Notes: generated by a model not told the origin, from the letters alone. A stretch of 64,000 nt of DNA from an uncultured virus (IMG/VR IMGVR_UViG_3300031994_000070) (IMGVR_UViG_3300031994_000070); one strand, 5' to 3'; positions 9,667 to 23,592 are shown, numbered from the stretch's first letter. Numbers and translations are program-made.

Positions 9667-12054
9667 ATGGCAAGAGTTATAAATGTGACAGATAGCGTCA
9701 CTCTTCATCCTGTTGATTATGATAGTGCTAATTCTTCTTATTCTGGCGTAAGTAGTTCATATCCTATTTCAAATGGATATGATTCTGCTTCAAGTACAAA
9801 TTATGCATATATAACTTGTAGAACTGGTTCTTGGGCAGAGTCTTATATTTCATATACTTTCAATGTATCTAGTATACCTGCAGGAGCTACAATTAATTCA
9901 GTTGCGTGTAGTGTTAAATCAAGAGTAAGTTCTACTTCTTACTTACCTACATCTACTATTCAATTATATTGTGGTTCTACTGCAAAGGGCGCTGCAACTT
10001 CAGCTTCATCTACATCTGCCACTTCACGTTCTATTAGCAATACTGGTTCATGGACATTAGCTGAATTAAGCGATATTCAAGTTCGACTTACTGGTGAACG
10101 CAGTAATTCAAATGCAAATCGTGCAGCTTATTTATATTTTTACGGAGCAGATTTAACTATTAATTATAGTATTAATGGCACAGCTTATACTATCACGGCG
10201 TCAAGTTCGGTTGCTTCAGCAACAGTAACCCCAGCTTCACAAGAAGTAATGAGTGGTGAAGAAGCGATTGTGCGTATTGATGCAGCAAATATTGATGATG
10301 TTGTTGTAACTGATAATGGTATTGAGGTAAATAATTTATTAGAACAGCACCAAGTTGAAACTGGTGGGGCTTTATCTAAAACCGCTGAGTCGCAAACAAC
10401 AAGCGGCATTCAAAGTGGAACAAGTTACGCTGCATATGCAGTCGGGCGTAGCGCTGAAAACCCATACAGCTCAACTAACAATATGTACGCTTCTAGTGGT
10501 TCTAATGGTTATGTTACATACAGTTTTGATTTTAGCGATATTCCAAATAATGCTACAATCACTAATATTGAAGTAAAGGGGTATGGCCATAGAGAAAGTT
10601 CAAGTGTTAGTAGTAGCTATAAAGCAATGGTTAGTTTATATTCAGGCTCTACTCAAAAGGGCGATGATTATGAATTAACGAGTACATCTAATTATCTGTT
10701 TACTGTACCAACACCCGGTACTTGAACTCGTTCTGAATTACAAAATGCAACTTTAAGATTTACTGTAGGATATTATGGCGGATTGCTTTGTGGTATTACA
10801 TGAAATGTAACATACACAATGCCGAGTGCCGGTAATGATTATTATTATACATATACAATGTCGAATTTATCGGCAGACCACGTTATTTTAGTTGACGAAG
10901 CCGGTGTATTTATTCCACCAGAAGAAGACCCAACAGAAACATATTGGCCAATCACAATCTCAAGTATTAATGCGATTACTAATCCAGCAAATGGAACCGT
11001 ACGTGTTGTTGAGGGCGCTAATCAGACAATTACTATTACGCCTAGCGACCCGCAACTAACTCTTGCGCTTGATAATGGTGTAGATATTACAAGTCAGTTG
11101 CAAGGCGGCACACCAAATAATACTTATACAATTGATACACAAGTTAGTGGCGCCAATTATGGGTTTTATTTAAATAACTCAACTGGTTATTATGTATCGA
11201 CAAATGATGGCGTGAACAAATCTGCTTCTGTGGCAAGATTAAATATGAATTTTGAATCAGAATGTTTGGTTACAATTCAATATATAAATTATGCCGAAGC
11301 AAATTATGATTATGGTATGTTTGGTAAGTTAGACACTGAAGTTGCAACAGATGGACTTACGGCTTCTAGTGGCGGTTCATCCCCTTCAGATTCAACTTCA
11401 CATTATCAAATCGCAAGATGCACTAACTCAAGTTCTGCGCAAACTGTAACTTATGAAGTTCCGATGGGAGAGCACTTTATTGATATTAAATATGGTAAAG
11501 ATGACGCTTCAGAAGATGGATATGATAGTTTACAATGAAAAGTATTAAGTGTAGAGGCCACTTCTATTGGAGGAGATTATACATATACATTAACAAATGT
11601 TACTCAAAAGCATAGCTTAATCTTTGTATTTGGTGATGTAGATTTTTGGTACATTACTTCATCTGGTACCTCAGGAATGCGCTTATTCCCTGATGGACAA
11701 CAAGTTAAATTAGACGGAGATGGTTATGTATTAAATATTGTTCCAAATAGTGTTAGTTCAACTATTACAATTACTGATAATGGAAATAATGTTACACCCC
11801 AATTAGAGCGTGAAACTGGTGTTGATAAAAATAATAATCCTGTTGTAAGTTATAAATATAAATTAAATAATATCTCTGCAAATCATACAATTAATGTAGT
11901 GGCCGGAGATGCTACGATACAATTATATGTAAAAGAAAATAATACATGAAGAATGTATTCTAAAGTTTATAAAAAAATAAACGGCTCTTGAGTAGAGCAA
12001 TCAGATTTATCTAGCGTATTTAGCACGTCTGCTAATTACGTTAAAGGTAATTAG
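9667..12054 (+). CDS. Tail fibre/adhesin-like protein, 795 aa (5 in-frame TGA=Trp)
   Basis: Joins track ORFs 9667, 10819 and 11677 through TGA at 10723, 10801, 11536, 11947 and 11989. GT(TGA)TRSEL matches the internal repeat GS(TGG)TLAEL. Ends YVKENNTW..YKKINGSW..TAG. Confidence 0.85.
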
Positions 12055-12071
12055 AAAGGAGAGAGATAGAC

Positions 12072-13043
12072 GTGCCTAGTGAAATAAATTTAACAAAATT
12101 AACCATTAATCATGTCGCAAGCCAAGCAGTTTATGATGCGATGGTAAATAAAGGGCTGATTAATGATAATGAGCTTTATTTAATTCCTGGTGATAATACA
12201 TACGTATTACCAATAGCGAGCGCATCGAGTTTAGGCGGTATTAAAGTTGGCAGTAATTTAAGCATTGCTGATACCGGTGTTCTGTCTGCGGTAGACTCAA
12301 AATATGATTTATCTAAATCAAGCACTCGAAGCGGATATACAGGAATTGATATTAAACTGACGGGCTCTGATGGCGCAACTGGCCAAAATAATTATGTAAA
12401 TATACCGACTGCAACACAATCTGCGCTCGGTTTAATGACTGCGGCAGACAAAAAGACTTTAGATGATTTAAGTGGAATAGATGGTTTTAGTAAAGTTAGA
12501 GTTTATACAAGTAATAATGCTTATACTGATGTAGCAGCAAATGATATTGAAGATACTTTAGTTTTTAAATCAGGCGGTAATATAAGTTTTACCCCAACAG
12601 ATAATGATAATACAATTATTATTAGCGCAAGTGATACTAAATATGGGGCAACTAGTAAGTCTATAGATATTATAAACTCAATTACAAGCGGTGTTGCTGC
12701 TACATTAACAACTGAAACTGTAAATGTTGGCGGTATTAAGTATGGTAGCACATGAACTACTCCTTCAATGACCAAGAGTAATGTTACAATTCCAAATGTA
12801 ACCAGTGCTGGTACTGCAACAAATGCGTCTGTGTCTGCTGGAGTGCTGACCATTACTAATGGCACTGCTCCTACGCTAGGAACTGCATTAACTGCTACAT
12901 ATATTAGCGCGTGGGATGCTGGAACATTACCAGAAACAGAATCGCAGAGTTTTGAAGCGGTTAAATCTTGGACAACAAATACTCCAACAGTTGTTACTAA
13001 AAAATCACAGACGGTGCTTACTGCGCTGCAGGCGAATGGTTAA
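12072..13043 (+). CDS. Tail fibre-associated protein, 323 aa (1 TGA=Trp)
   Basis: Joins track ORFs 12072 and 12768 through TGA 12753. N-terminal motif is shared with the 18375 and 20643 genes; contains a LPIAS.S.LGGIKVG fibre motif. Confidence 0.8.
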
Positions 13044-13062
13044 TTAAAGGAGGGATAAAGAT

Positions 13063-16000
13063 ATGACTTATATAGCAAAAACAAAGATAGGTAATACTAC
13101 ATATCCAATTGGCTCTGCTTTATATGGAACTTGTGATACAGCTGCGAATACTGCTAATAAAACGGTTACATTATCTGATTTCGATACTTTAATTACTGGC
13201 GTTACATTACATGTAAAATTTACTAATAGTAATACCGCGGCAAGCCCAAAATTAATAGTAGGAACAGAAGGTCAAGCAAAATCTATATATAGATATGGCA
13301 CTACAGTGCCTGGTACCACTGCAGCAACTTCATGGCCTGCTGGTGCAGTTGTTTCATTCACTTATACTGGCGATGCCTGGATTATGAATGATTGGAATAA
13401 TACTGATACATGAACCGCAATGACTGGAGCTACCTCTGCTGCTAATGGTAGTGGAGGATATATTAATGCTACCCCACCTAAAGACGGATATAACACAAAA
13501 TTTTGGCGTGCCGATGGCACGTGAGCCATTCCTGCAGATAATAATACTGATACATATGTAGGGTCTGCGGCATTTGCGGATGATAGCACATCTAATGCCA
13601 CTAATCCCGTAAAAATGACATTAACTTATGCGGGCAGTAATGCTGGAGCACAAATAGCCGCAAATATTCCACAAGTATCTAGTTCGAGCGCTGGTGTCGC
13701 ACCAAAAGGAGCGACTGTAAGCACACAAACTCAAAACACTAAGTTCTTACGTGAAGATGGTACTTGGGCTGCACCAAGTTATACGACAAACACCAATACT
13801 GACACTTTAGTAAAACAAGAAAATTCAACAGCAAACTCTACACTGAGAGTTTTATTATCACATGATGCGAATGATACTACAGCAACAAATTCTTCGTATA
13901 AAAGCGGAAAATTAACGTTTAATCCATCTAGTGGGACACTTACTGCTACAAATTTACGAGGTGCATTAACTTCAAGTCAAGTAACAACGGCTCTTGGTTT
14001 TACTCCTTATACTAAAAACGAAGTAAATAATTTAATTGCAAGTGTATTTCATTATAAGGGCACCAAAGCCACAGTAGGAGATTTGCCTTCTTCTAGTAAT
14101 ACAACTGGTGATGTATGGCATATTACTGCAGATGGTAGTGAATATGTTTGGAATGGCAGTGCTTGGGAAGAATTAGGCACAGTTATAGACTTAAGTGGTT
14201 ATGCCCAATTAAGTGGAGCTAACTTTACTGGCCCAGTTAATTTTGGTGATTCTGTATCTGCCGACGACTTAACAGCTGGCCAATTATTGGTTACTGGAAA
14301 TGCAAGTTTTACAAATAATATAAGTGCAAATACTATTAACGGGGTTGAGGTTGGTAGTAATCCTAAGTTTACGGATACTGTTTATACTCATCCAACTCAC
14401 ACTTCTTATAATAATGGATTGTATAAGATTACTATTAATAATTTGGGTCATGTAACATCAGCTACTGCAGTAGCTAAAGCAGATATTACTGGGTTGGGAA
14501 TTCCAGCTCAAGATACTACTTATTCAACAGCCACTTCTAGTACATTAGGATTAGTTAAAATAGGGTATGCTGCTAATGGTAAAAATTATCCAGTTCAATT
14601 ATCTAATGGACAAATGTATGTTAATGTTCCTTGGACAGATACCAATACAGATACAGATACACATTATACAGCTCATTTAAGAACTGCAAACTCAGCTACT
14701 AGTACTTCTCAAGTAACAACAGCTACTTCTAATCCATATCTAAATTTAATTGAAGAATCTGCTCTTCGAGATAGTGTTAGAATAATGGGTGATGGAGCTA
14801 CTACAGTAACATCTAGTGCTGATGGTAAAACCATTACTGTAAAAAGTACTGATACTAATACTCATAATACATCTTATTTATATGCTGGAGCTTCTAATGG
14901 TAGTGTTAATGCAACAACTACATCTGGTAATACTTATTTAATTAATGTTGATGGTGGTTCTGCTACTAGTAGAATAAAATTAGTACCTGGTAATAATATG
15001 AGTATTACATCTGATGCAAGCGGAAATGTAACATTTGCAGCTACAGATACTAATACTTGGCGTGGTATTCAGAATAATTTAACTAGTGATAGTACAACAG
15101 ATTCATTGAGTGCGGCACAGGGTAAAGCTTTAGCGAATGGTAGTGCGAGGGATAATACCAAATTGCCACTCGCTGGTGGTACAATGACTGGTGCAATTTC
15201 TCGTGCTGGAGTATCTACTAGTTGGAATAAAGGTAGAGATAATGTATTAATTAAAACAACCTCAATTAATGGATATACTCCATTGTGGTCAGCTAAGACT
15301 ACTAATGGTTCTTGGGATGTCGGTACTTATGACAATGCTAGTTATACAGATGATTTAATTTTTAGTTATATAACTGATACTAATTATGCTAATAATAATG
15401 CTACAACTGCACAAATTAAATTTTTAGAAAATGGACATATAGTTGGTGCTTTAGATGGAAATGCAACGACGGCTACTGAATTTAGTTCAAATGCTACAGT
15501 TGCATTGACTGGAGATACTACTGGTACTAGCGCAGGAAGTAAAAAATCTTGGAGTGTTGCTACAACAACTAACTATATTACTAATTTAGGTAGACCGGCC
15601 AGTGCAGATTATTTAACGCCTAGTTATTTATCTAAAGTACATTTTTGTTTAGCAAGTAGTTCAATGACTACTCATAAGCCACCAGCTGGTGATGGATATA
15701 TAACTACTTATCATTGGGATAATAGTGGATGGGCAGCTCAATTTTATTTAAGGCACGATAAAAATGACCCTTCTCCAATGGTTAGAGGGGCAACTAATAG
15801 TAGTAATACTTCGGATTGGGGCGAATGGAAATATATTTTAACTGAAGCTAATTATACTAATTATACCGCAGATATTAATGGCGCTGACCAGACTAGTAGT
15901 GTATCTATATATGCTCCTACTGCTGGCGGTACCGCAGATACTCAAGCACTTGTTGGAGATGGTGCGACTAAAGCACCAAAATGGGTTAATATTTCTCCCG

Positions 16001-16410
16001 GCATTTCAATTACAGCTGGGGATGCAAGTAATGCTCCAAAAATTAATGTTACAGTTTTAGGTCGTAGTGGAACAGCACAGGCAATTACTAAAGCATCAAC
16101 TAGTGTATATGGCGTTACTAAATTATCTTCAACTTCCAGTAGTTCAGAACAAAGTTTAGCTGCAACACCTAAATTAGTATATGATTCTATTGCAGCGCTT
16201 GATGTTTCTAATATTTCTGGTTTTGGGGCAGGAAAAACTTTGGCTACATTAACCGAAACAAATGGTAAAATTAGCGCAACATTCCAATCAATTGCGATTG
16301 CGCCATCACAAATTACAAGTACAACTAATGACAATGGAAAAACATTAATTTCAAATGGCACAACAACTGAATGGGGAACAAGAACATTAGTACAAATAGT
16401 GAGGTGGTAA
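13063..16410 (+). CDS. Long tail fibre protein, 1115 aa (2 TGA=Trp)
   Basis: Joins track ORFs 13063 and 13615 through TGA 13411 and 13522. KFWRADGT(TGA)AIP matches KFLREDGT(TGG)AAP in the same gene. Contains LG.VK, LSAAQGKAL and LPLAGGTMTG fibre motifs. Confidence 0.85.
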
Positions 16411-16413
16411 ACT

Positions 16414-17163
16414 ATGGCAATATATTTAGGCACAGATAAGGTAAGTTTAGCGGGAACTAATGGGGGATATGGTCTTAATGGACGTTTGCTTTTAACAAAA
16501 ACTTATTCTATTAATTTAGGGCAGACTAATTATAGTAGTTTAACGCCAAGTACTACTTCTCAAAATTTAACTTTACCAGCAACAACTTATAGTACCAGCG
16601 GAGGAAGTACAATTACTTGTTTTCGTATTGGAGAAGCATATGACGGGACAAAAATTGATTTTAATCAACATGATTATATGGGGTTTGCAGAATGTATTAC
16701 AGAATATAATTATGGAAGTAATAGTGTAAGCGGGACAATTCATCCAATTAGACATTGCCAAGTTAGGGATTATCATGAAGGCAAGTACATTGATAGTATA
16801 AATTCTACTACAGGAATATTAAACACTTCAGCAACTTTTAGAAAAGGTTCTTCATATATTCAAACTCCGCATGCATTATTATATCAAAAAGCTGATAATA
16901 CATATGGAATTACTAATAGTGGATGCGGTATATATCATTCTGGAACGGGCTCTATTAGTTGGTCTACAAATTCTAATTATATTGATTTAATATTAGGCAA
17001 TGTTGCGATGGTAATTAATACTAGTTATGTTCCAGAAGCCGCATTTACTGCAATAAATCCAGCAAATACAACTATAACAATGACTTGGCACCTTTATGAA
17101 TGTGATAAAACAGCCTATGGATATGAATATTCACGTGCCTATGAACTTGCGGCAAATCATTAA
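16414..17163 (+). CDS. Hypothetical tail-associated protein
   Basis: 249 aa ORF with GAGGTGG RBS, in the tail operon. Confidence 0.65.
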   Translation: MAIYLGTDKVSLAGTNGGYGLNGRLLLTKTYSINLGQTNYSSLTPSTTSQNLTLPATTYSTSGGSTITCFRIGEAYDGTKIDFNQHDYMGFAECITEYNYGSNSVSGTIHPIRHCQVRDYHEGKYIDSINSTTGILNTSATFRKGSSYIQTPHALLYQKADNTYGITNSGCGIYHSGTGSISWSTNSNYIDLILGNVAMVINTSYVPEAAFTAINPANTTITMTWHLYECDKTAYGYEYSRAYELAANH

Positions 17164-17266
17164 TATAAAACAAGAACAGCTGCATAATTAGACTTTCATA
17201 ACAATTTTAAGTAGAATATTGCGTAGAATCATTTGATTATACAGAATCAAATAGAAAGGAGCAAAT

Positions 17267-17578
17267 ATGGATATTAATACACTTATAACTTATTTAATTT
17301 CTCCAGCTGGACAGGTGGCATTAATTATGGCACTTGCAGAGCTTATTAAAAAGCAAGAATTGTTTGCATCAAAATATATCTTTTATGTAGACCTTATTTT
17401 TGGTGCAATGCTTGGTATGGGAGTATTCTGGATATATCAAGGAATGCATCCTGTTCTCGCTATACTGGCCGGACTTGGCGAAGGACTTATGGCCGCTGGT
17501 GTATTTAGCGGAATTAAAAATTTAAGAGAAGCATATGATGACCCTGAGTTTGTAGAAGGGAATGAAGAAGATGAGTAA
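17267..17578 (+). CDS. Putative holin
   Basis: 103 aa with three hydrophobic segments, a GL..GL.A.G..S..KN pattern and an acidic tail; overlaps the lysin start. Confidence 0.7.
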   Translation: MDINTLITYLISPAGQVALIMALAELIKKQELFASKYIFYVDLIFGAMLGMGVFWIYQGMHPVLAILAGLGEGLMAAGVFSGIKNLREAYDDPEFVEGNEEDE

Positions 17579-18335
17579 GTACACAGGAGCATATCCCAGC
17601 GTATATACCACTATTAATTATCAAAAAAGATTAGCTAACGAGGCCAATAGACTTGCATATGCTGGTAGACCTAAAGAAGCTGCTTATCCTAATGGACATC
17701 CAACAGCTCAATGAAAGGCGGCTCAAAATAAAGTTGCAAAAGGATTCAAATATTGGTCAGATGCTAGTCGTAGAGGATTTTCTTGTGATGTAGGCGCTGG
17801 AGTAACCATTAGGTCGGTGTATGATAAAAATATGCCCCTTGGGTTATGGAAACAATTAAAATATATGAATGCCCACCCTGAGGCATATAGAAAAGTATCT
17901 CCAGCAAATGCGCAGCCTGGAGATATTGGACATTATACAAAAAAGGGTGTTAAAAGAAGAGGCCATATTTTTATAGTTGGCGAAGGTAATAAAATTAAAG
18001 AAGCTTCTGCTGGCAATTGGGCTTTCTCAACCACAAGCGCTCATAATGCTCGTTTTGATATGAACAATAAATCAAGATTAACAATATTCAGGGTAGTTAA
18101 TCAACAAAAATATACCCCTTTAAAGCAGGGGTCTAAAGGTGAAGAAGTTAAGAAACTTCAAAAATACTTAAATTGGTATTTTAAAGGCGATAAAAATTTA
18201 AAGGCTCTTAAGGTCGATGGAGATTTTGGGCCAATTACCAAGGCTAGAGTAGAACGTATGCAAAAGAAATTAAAGGTAACTGTTGACGGAATAGTAGGCA
18301 CGAAAACATTAAAGGCAATGCAACAGGTTAAATAA
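17571..18335 (+). CDS. Endolysin, NlpC/P60- or CHAP-like catalytic domain plus PG_binding_1 domain, 254 aa (1 TGA=Trp)
   Basis: ATG 17571 overlaps the holin end; TGA at 17712. Contains FSCD..PGDIGHY..GHIFIV and C-terminal LKQGSKGEEVKKLQ..VDGDFGP..VDGIVG. Confidence 0.8.
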
Positions 18336-18374
18336 TTTTTATTGCTAATCTAATTGGAAAGGTAAGATAAAATT

Positions 18375-19136
18375 ATGTCTGAAACACACGATTTGTCAAC
18401 TTTAAAAATCAATTTTTTAACACAGGCGCAATATGACGGTGCGACTGTAAATGATGATGAAGTTTATATTTTAACTGATAGTGGAAAGGGGGCCCAGACA
18501 GCGGCCCCCGCAACAACCGGCTATGCAACAGCCAATTTAAAAAATATCGTTTTGTCAAGTGAAGACGCTACAAACGCAACTGATTATCCAAATGGAACAG
18601 TATGGATGAAGTACGGTAGTGAAATGACATTACTTGATATGTTTTACCCAGTCGGTAGTTATTATGAAACCAGTGATGCAAATTTTAATCCTGAGACTAG
18701 TTGAGGTGGTACTTGAGAGCTAGAAACAGCTGGGCGAGTACATGTATCAGCAGGTACTGGATATAGTACTGGAGCTACTGGCGGTGCGACCAGTGTTAGT
18801 TATACGCCTAGCGGTACTGTAGAGAATACATCTGTTACTCCTAAAGGAACTGTTGGTAATCATACACTTACGATTAATGAAATTCCTTCACATTACCATG
18901 GATTTAATGCATATAATGGTGGTGTTGGCGCCTCTTCAGCAATTCAAAGAGGCTGGTATGGTACGACGTCTGAAACATCTGTGCAAAATACCAATGCTAA
19001 AGGCGGTGGAGGAGCTCATAATCATGGTTTTACTGGTACAGCAGAAAGTCATAAGCATACTTTTACCGGCACTGCTAAATCAATTTCTGTCATGCAACCT
19101 TATATAGTTGTTAATAGATGGCATAGAACGGCATAA
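18375..19136 (+). CDS. Tail protein with T4 gp10-C-like baseplate domain, 253 aa (2 TGA=Trp)
   Basis: YPVGSYY..NPETS(TGA)GGT(TGA)EL..HTLTINEIPSH.H..MQPYIVVNRWHRTA; TAA 19134-19136. Confidence 0.85.
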
Positions 19137-19147
19137 GGAGGTAATGT

Positions 19148-20605
19148 ATGGCTAATAAAAGTGGGAGTATATATGGTAATTATGTAGGAAATACTAGCTA
19201 TGGTTATAGTTACAATCGTTTGCGTATTGATTGATATGAAGATGCAAATAGCATAAATAGTACAACTAACACATCAACTGTATATGCAACTGTATATTTA
19301 GAAAATTCATTTGGGTCACATTCCGATGGAGACCCAACATGGGTAACTTTAACAATAGATGGAACTAGTTATAACGCAACTTTAAATTATTGGTCAGGTT
19401 CAACTGTAACCCTTATATCAAAATCAAAAAGTATAACTCATACTAGCAATGGGTCAAAATCTATTACAATTTCAGCAAGGTTTGATACTAATGGTACTTC
19501 AACTGGCGTAGTAACAGCAAGTGGCACTGCGGTATTAACTACAATTAATTTATGAAGCAACGCTTCTGTTGCAAACAATGGCACTACATCACCGCAAAAC
19601 TCTGCAACTGGAACACTTAAATGGAAAGGAACTAATGGCACTAGTAATGCAATTACTGGGTATACTGTTAAAAAAGGTTCAACGCAAGTTTATTCAGGTA
19701 CGGCGACATCTTGCACGGTAGATTTGGCTTATGGCACAAATACTTTTACAGTAACTGCTACGGCACCACATAATTCCCCAAGCGTAAATATAAGTATTGT
19801 ACGTTATCCAGTATTAAAAATACAGCATAATTTAAATGGCGGCACAATAGCTGATGCACCACATCAAGATGGAACAAATAGTCGTTGATTTAAATACTCA
19901 AACAATTTAGTAACAGTTTCAACAACTACAGCTGATGGGCCATATTCTACACTGGTTTCATCAATGACAACCGCTGATTCTTATATTAATTTATGAAACG
20001 TTGCAACATATAATGCGACTAAAACTGGGTATCATATAACTGGTACTAAAGCATATAATACTAAAGCGGATGGCACTGGGGTTGATATTAATCAAGAGTC
20101 GACGGCCAGTAGCACAAATGTCGCTAATACTACAAATTTAAATGGCGGTACAACATTAACCGCAGATAAAACAGTTAGTATTTATGTTAATTGACAACCA
20201 AATTCTTATACAATTAAATATAATGCGACTGGTGCAATAGGAAGTACTAATTCATCGACCCATTATTATGGAACTAGTAAAAAATTAACAACGAATGGTT
20301 TTACCAAGCCTGGCTATATTTTTTATGGATGAGCAACTACTCAAGCCAAAGCGGATGCTGGAACACGTGATTATACGAATGGCCAGTCAGTTTTAAATTT
20401 AACTTCATCTAATGGTGGTACAATTAATCTTTATGCTGTTTGACAAGCAGCGCCGCCAACAAACAAATATGAATTACCAATAGCTGCAAACACAGATTCT
20501 GAATGATTAAAATTATATAGCTATTGAGCAAATATAAATAAAACTTGAAAGAAAATACAAGATATTTGAGTCAATGTCGATGGGACTTGGCGCAAAGTCT
20601 TTTAA
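19148..20605 (+). CDS. Minor tail/adhesin protein with DUF859-like N-terminus and InlB B-repeat (Listeria-Bacteroides repeat) domains, 485 aa (11 TGA=Trp); absent from the supplied track
   Basis: No TAA/TAG over 1458 nt; AAGGAGGT RBS. GYIFYG(TGA)AT and LYAV(TGA) place TGA at the conserved Trp positions of the repeat. Confidence 0.85.
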
Positions 20606-20642
20606 GACCTCCTTTGAAATGTAGGAGGGGGGGGAGGAATAT

Positions 20643-21218
20643 ATGGCAAGCACACAAAATTTAACTGAATTCAAAATAAACTATCTCACCCAAGAACAAT
20701 ACAATATAGCTCTACAGAATGGGCAAATTAATTCTGATGAGTTGTATTTTACTCCCGAAGATAGAGGAAAAATAATAGTGTCTAATCAAGACGCTTCAAC
20801 CCCAGAGGCATATCCTGAAAATAGTATTTGATTAAAATATGGAGATGCGAGTGGAGGCCAGGCTGACTGGATAGTTGACCAAGGCGCGAGCGGAATTTGA
20901 ACCTATAGAAAATGGGCAAGCGGTGTTGCAGAGTGCTGAGGCCATTTTTCTAGTAGTAGTTTAACTTGAAATAATTATGGTACTCCAACAAATGGGTATG
21001 CAATGTATTATTCGACACCAGTTGATATTGCTCTTCCTTTTACGATGGCAAATGCTAATTATTATGCTATGGCTACCGCCGCAGCAGTAGGGAGCAACGT
21101 CGGTTGGACTGCCGGTATGCGTACGCGTACTACGACACAAGTCGGATTGAGTTTTGTAAGAAATGGCAACACAGGAACTGTTAGTGCTGATATATATATT
21201 AATGGACAGTGGAAATAA
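20643..21218 (+). CDS. Tail protein, 191 aa (4 TGA=Trp)
   Basis: DWIVDQGASGI(TGA)TYRKWASGVAEC(TGA)G is a common phage tail motif. YPENSI(TGA)LKYG matches YPNGTV(TGG)MKYG of the 18375 gene. Confidence 0.85.
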
Positions 21219-21234
21219 GGGGGTGCGGTAGTCT

Positions 21235-23592
21235 ATGTCAACAAAAACAGGCTATATTAAAAACTCCGGCCCTAAGGATGCTGCATTTGATGATGGCCCA
21301 CATATTGGTGGTGTTATTAAATTTGTTTGTACCAGAAGTTCAGAAACATCAAAAAATGTTTCTGTTACAGCTTATTATTATTTAGGTTTTGGTAGTTATG
21401 CTAATTCAAGTGCGTCTTATACTCAATATCAAGTAACTATTTACGCATGAGAAGGTACTTGGTCAGATAGTACTCATCCATCTAAAGTTATTAATAGCAG
21501 TGGTACTAAATGGAAGTGTATTAGTAATACAGCTACCTATTTTTCTGCACATGGTGATGATTCAAATATTGACGTAAAAACTAAGCCTACTCAAAAAACT
21601 GGAACAATAGGTAGCTGGACTATTTCTAATTGGACAAGTGGTTCAAAAACATTTAAATTTCAAATGCGTGATAATGGCTTGCAAGATACATATACAGTAT
21701 CAATTGCTGCGCCATCTTATACTAGCACTATTACTGCTACTGTTGTATCAGCAGATACTACTATGGGTACTGTTACTGGAGGCGGAACTTATACTTCTGG
21801 CGCATCATTTACCATTACAGCCACTCCTAAAGCAGGTTATGAATTCGTTAAATGGACTTATTCCGGAGGGTGAAGTGGAGGTAATACTAGCGCAAGTGTT
21901 ACTATGTCTCAAACGACATCAGGCACAGCAACGGCTAGTTTCCAAGGCAAGCTACAAACAATTACTTTAAATGCAAATGGTGGCAGCGGTGGTACTACTA
22001 GTGTTCAAATTAGAACAGGCACTGCGGCCGGTAGTTATCCATCAATTACCAAACCAACATATACTGGACACCATTTCTTAGGATACTATGATGCTACATC
22101 TGGTGGCACCCAATGATATAATGCGTCCGGTAACTCAGTGCGTCAATTTACTCTGACGTCTGGAGCTACTTGATATGCTCATTGAGCTTTAAATACTTGA
22201 ACTATACATTTTGACGGGAACGGCGCTACTAGTGGTTCAATGGCCAATCAAACGCATACTTATGGAACAGCATTAGCATTTCCAGCTGTTGGTTTTACTA
22301 AAACTGGTTATAAATTTAATGAATGGCAATGAACTGGCGCATCAGATGGCGAAATTCGTCATTATCCTGATAAATATAATATGTCAGGTAGTTGAACATC
22401 AACTAATGGCAATACATATAATATGATTGCTCAATGAACTCCTTGTCATGTAACTATTAAATATCATGCTAATGGGGGTACAATTGCTAATGGCTATTCC
22501 AGTGTAGATGGGTTGTGACGGCTTGGTAGTGACAGTTTAGTTGAATTATCAACAGATAATGGCAGCACATGAGCCGATGTTACATCCTCTCCGTCTGTAG
22601 AAAGTACATATTATAATTTATGAAATGTTAGTACTTTTGGATTAAAGAAAACAGGATACCATATTGATACTGAAACAGCTTATGCGTTAAATACAAGTGG
22701 AACTGGTAATTTATTTAATCAGCAAAATACTGCGGCCGGTGAAACTAATCCAGTTACTACAAAACGACTTAATGGCGGCACGGAAATTACTGCGGATAAA
22801 ACAATTACTTTATACGCCAATTGAAAAGAAGATACTGCTACTTTAACTTACAATAACGGAGGCTTCGGTACCGTTCCAGATGCAGTAACAATGCGATACA
22901 CCACTCAAACGGTTGCCGCGAATGCGCCAGAGGTATTTGGCAAAGATTTTTTAGGTTGGAAACGTAGCGATAATAATGCAATTATTCAACCGGGAGATGT
23001 GATTAAAGCTGCTAATGTTATACCAACTAATATAACGTTAACTGCTCAATGGCGCAATAAAATTATTACATGAGGACAAAAAAATAATATTTGAAACACT
23101 GGCAATACTTTATACGCTAAACATGGTGGGGAATGAAAAGAAGTTATTTCCGCTTGGGTATTAGTAAACGGTGTTTGAAAGATTGTCTTTGGAACTGGTG
23201 GCGGCGCTATTGTTGGTAAGCCAATTGCAACGAATACATCCATATCTATGCTTTTGGGGTCATATGATATAGGAAATAATAGCGATGCGGCGAATGCTTG
23301 AATTCGTAATAAAACAGATGATTATGGATGAGTATATATTGATTATGATGAATTGGACGCAATGACTGAAGCGTATGGTGGTACTATTACCTTAAATGTA
23401 GGCAATTGTGGAACAATTTCAATTCCAGAAAGTGACCATGAGCGTTATTTCCCATATGCTTTATGGAGTGATTATGGGGTTGATTTAAATTTACCCGTAT
23501 CTGCTATATGCACAACTTCAACCGGTCAAAATATTCGTATAAATGTCGTAAAAATTAATAATGCTATAGGTTTACAATTTTTATTAAATTAA
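21235..23592 (+). CDS. Adhesin-like tail protein with several InlB B-repeats, 785 aa (19 TGA=Trp)
   Basis: Joins track fragments 21235, 21664, 21904, 22891 and 23353 in one frame with no TAA/TAG before 23590. YAH(TGA), IAQ(TGA) and LYAN(TGA) fall at repeat ends. Confidence 0.85.
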
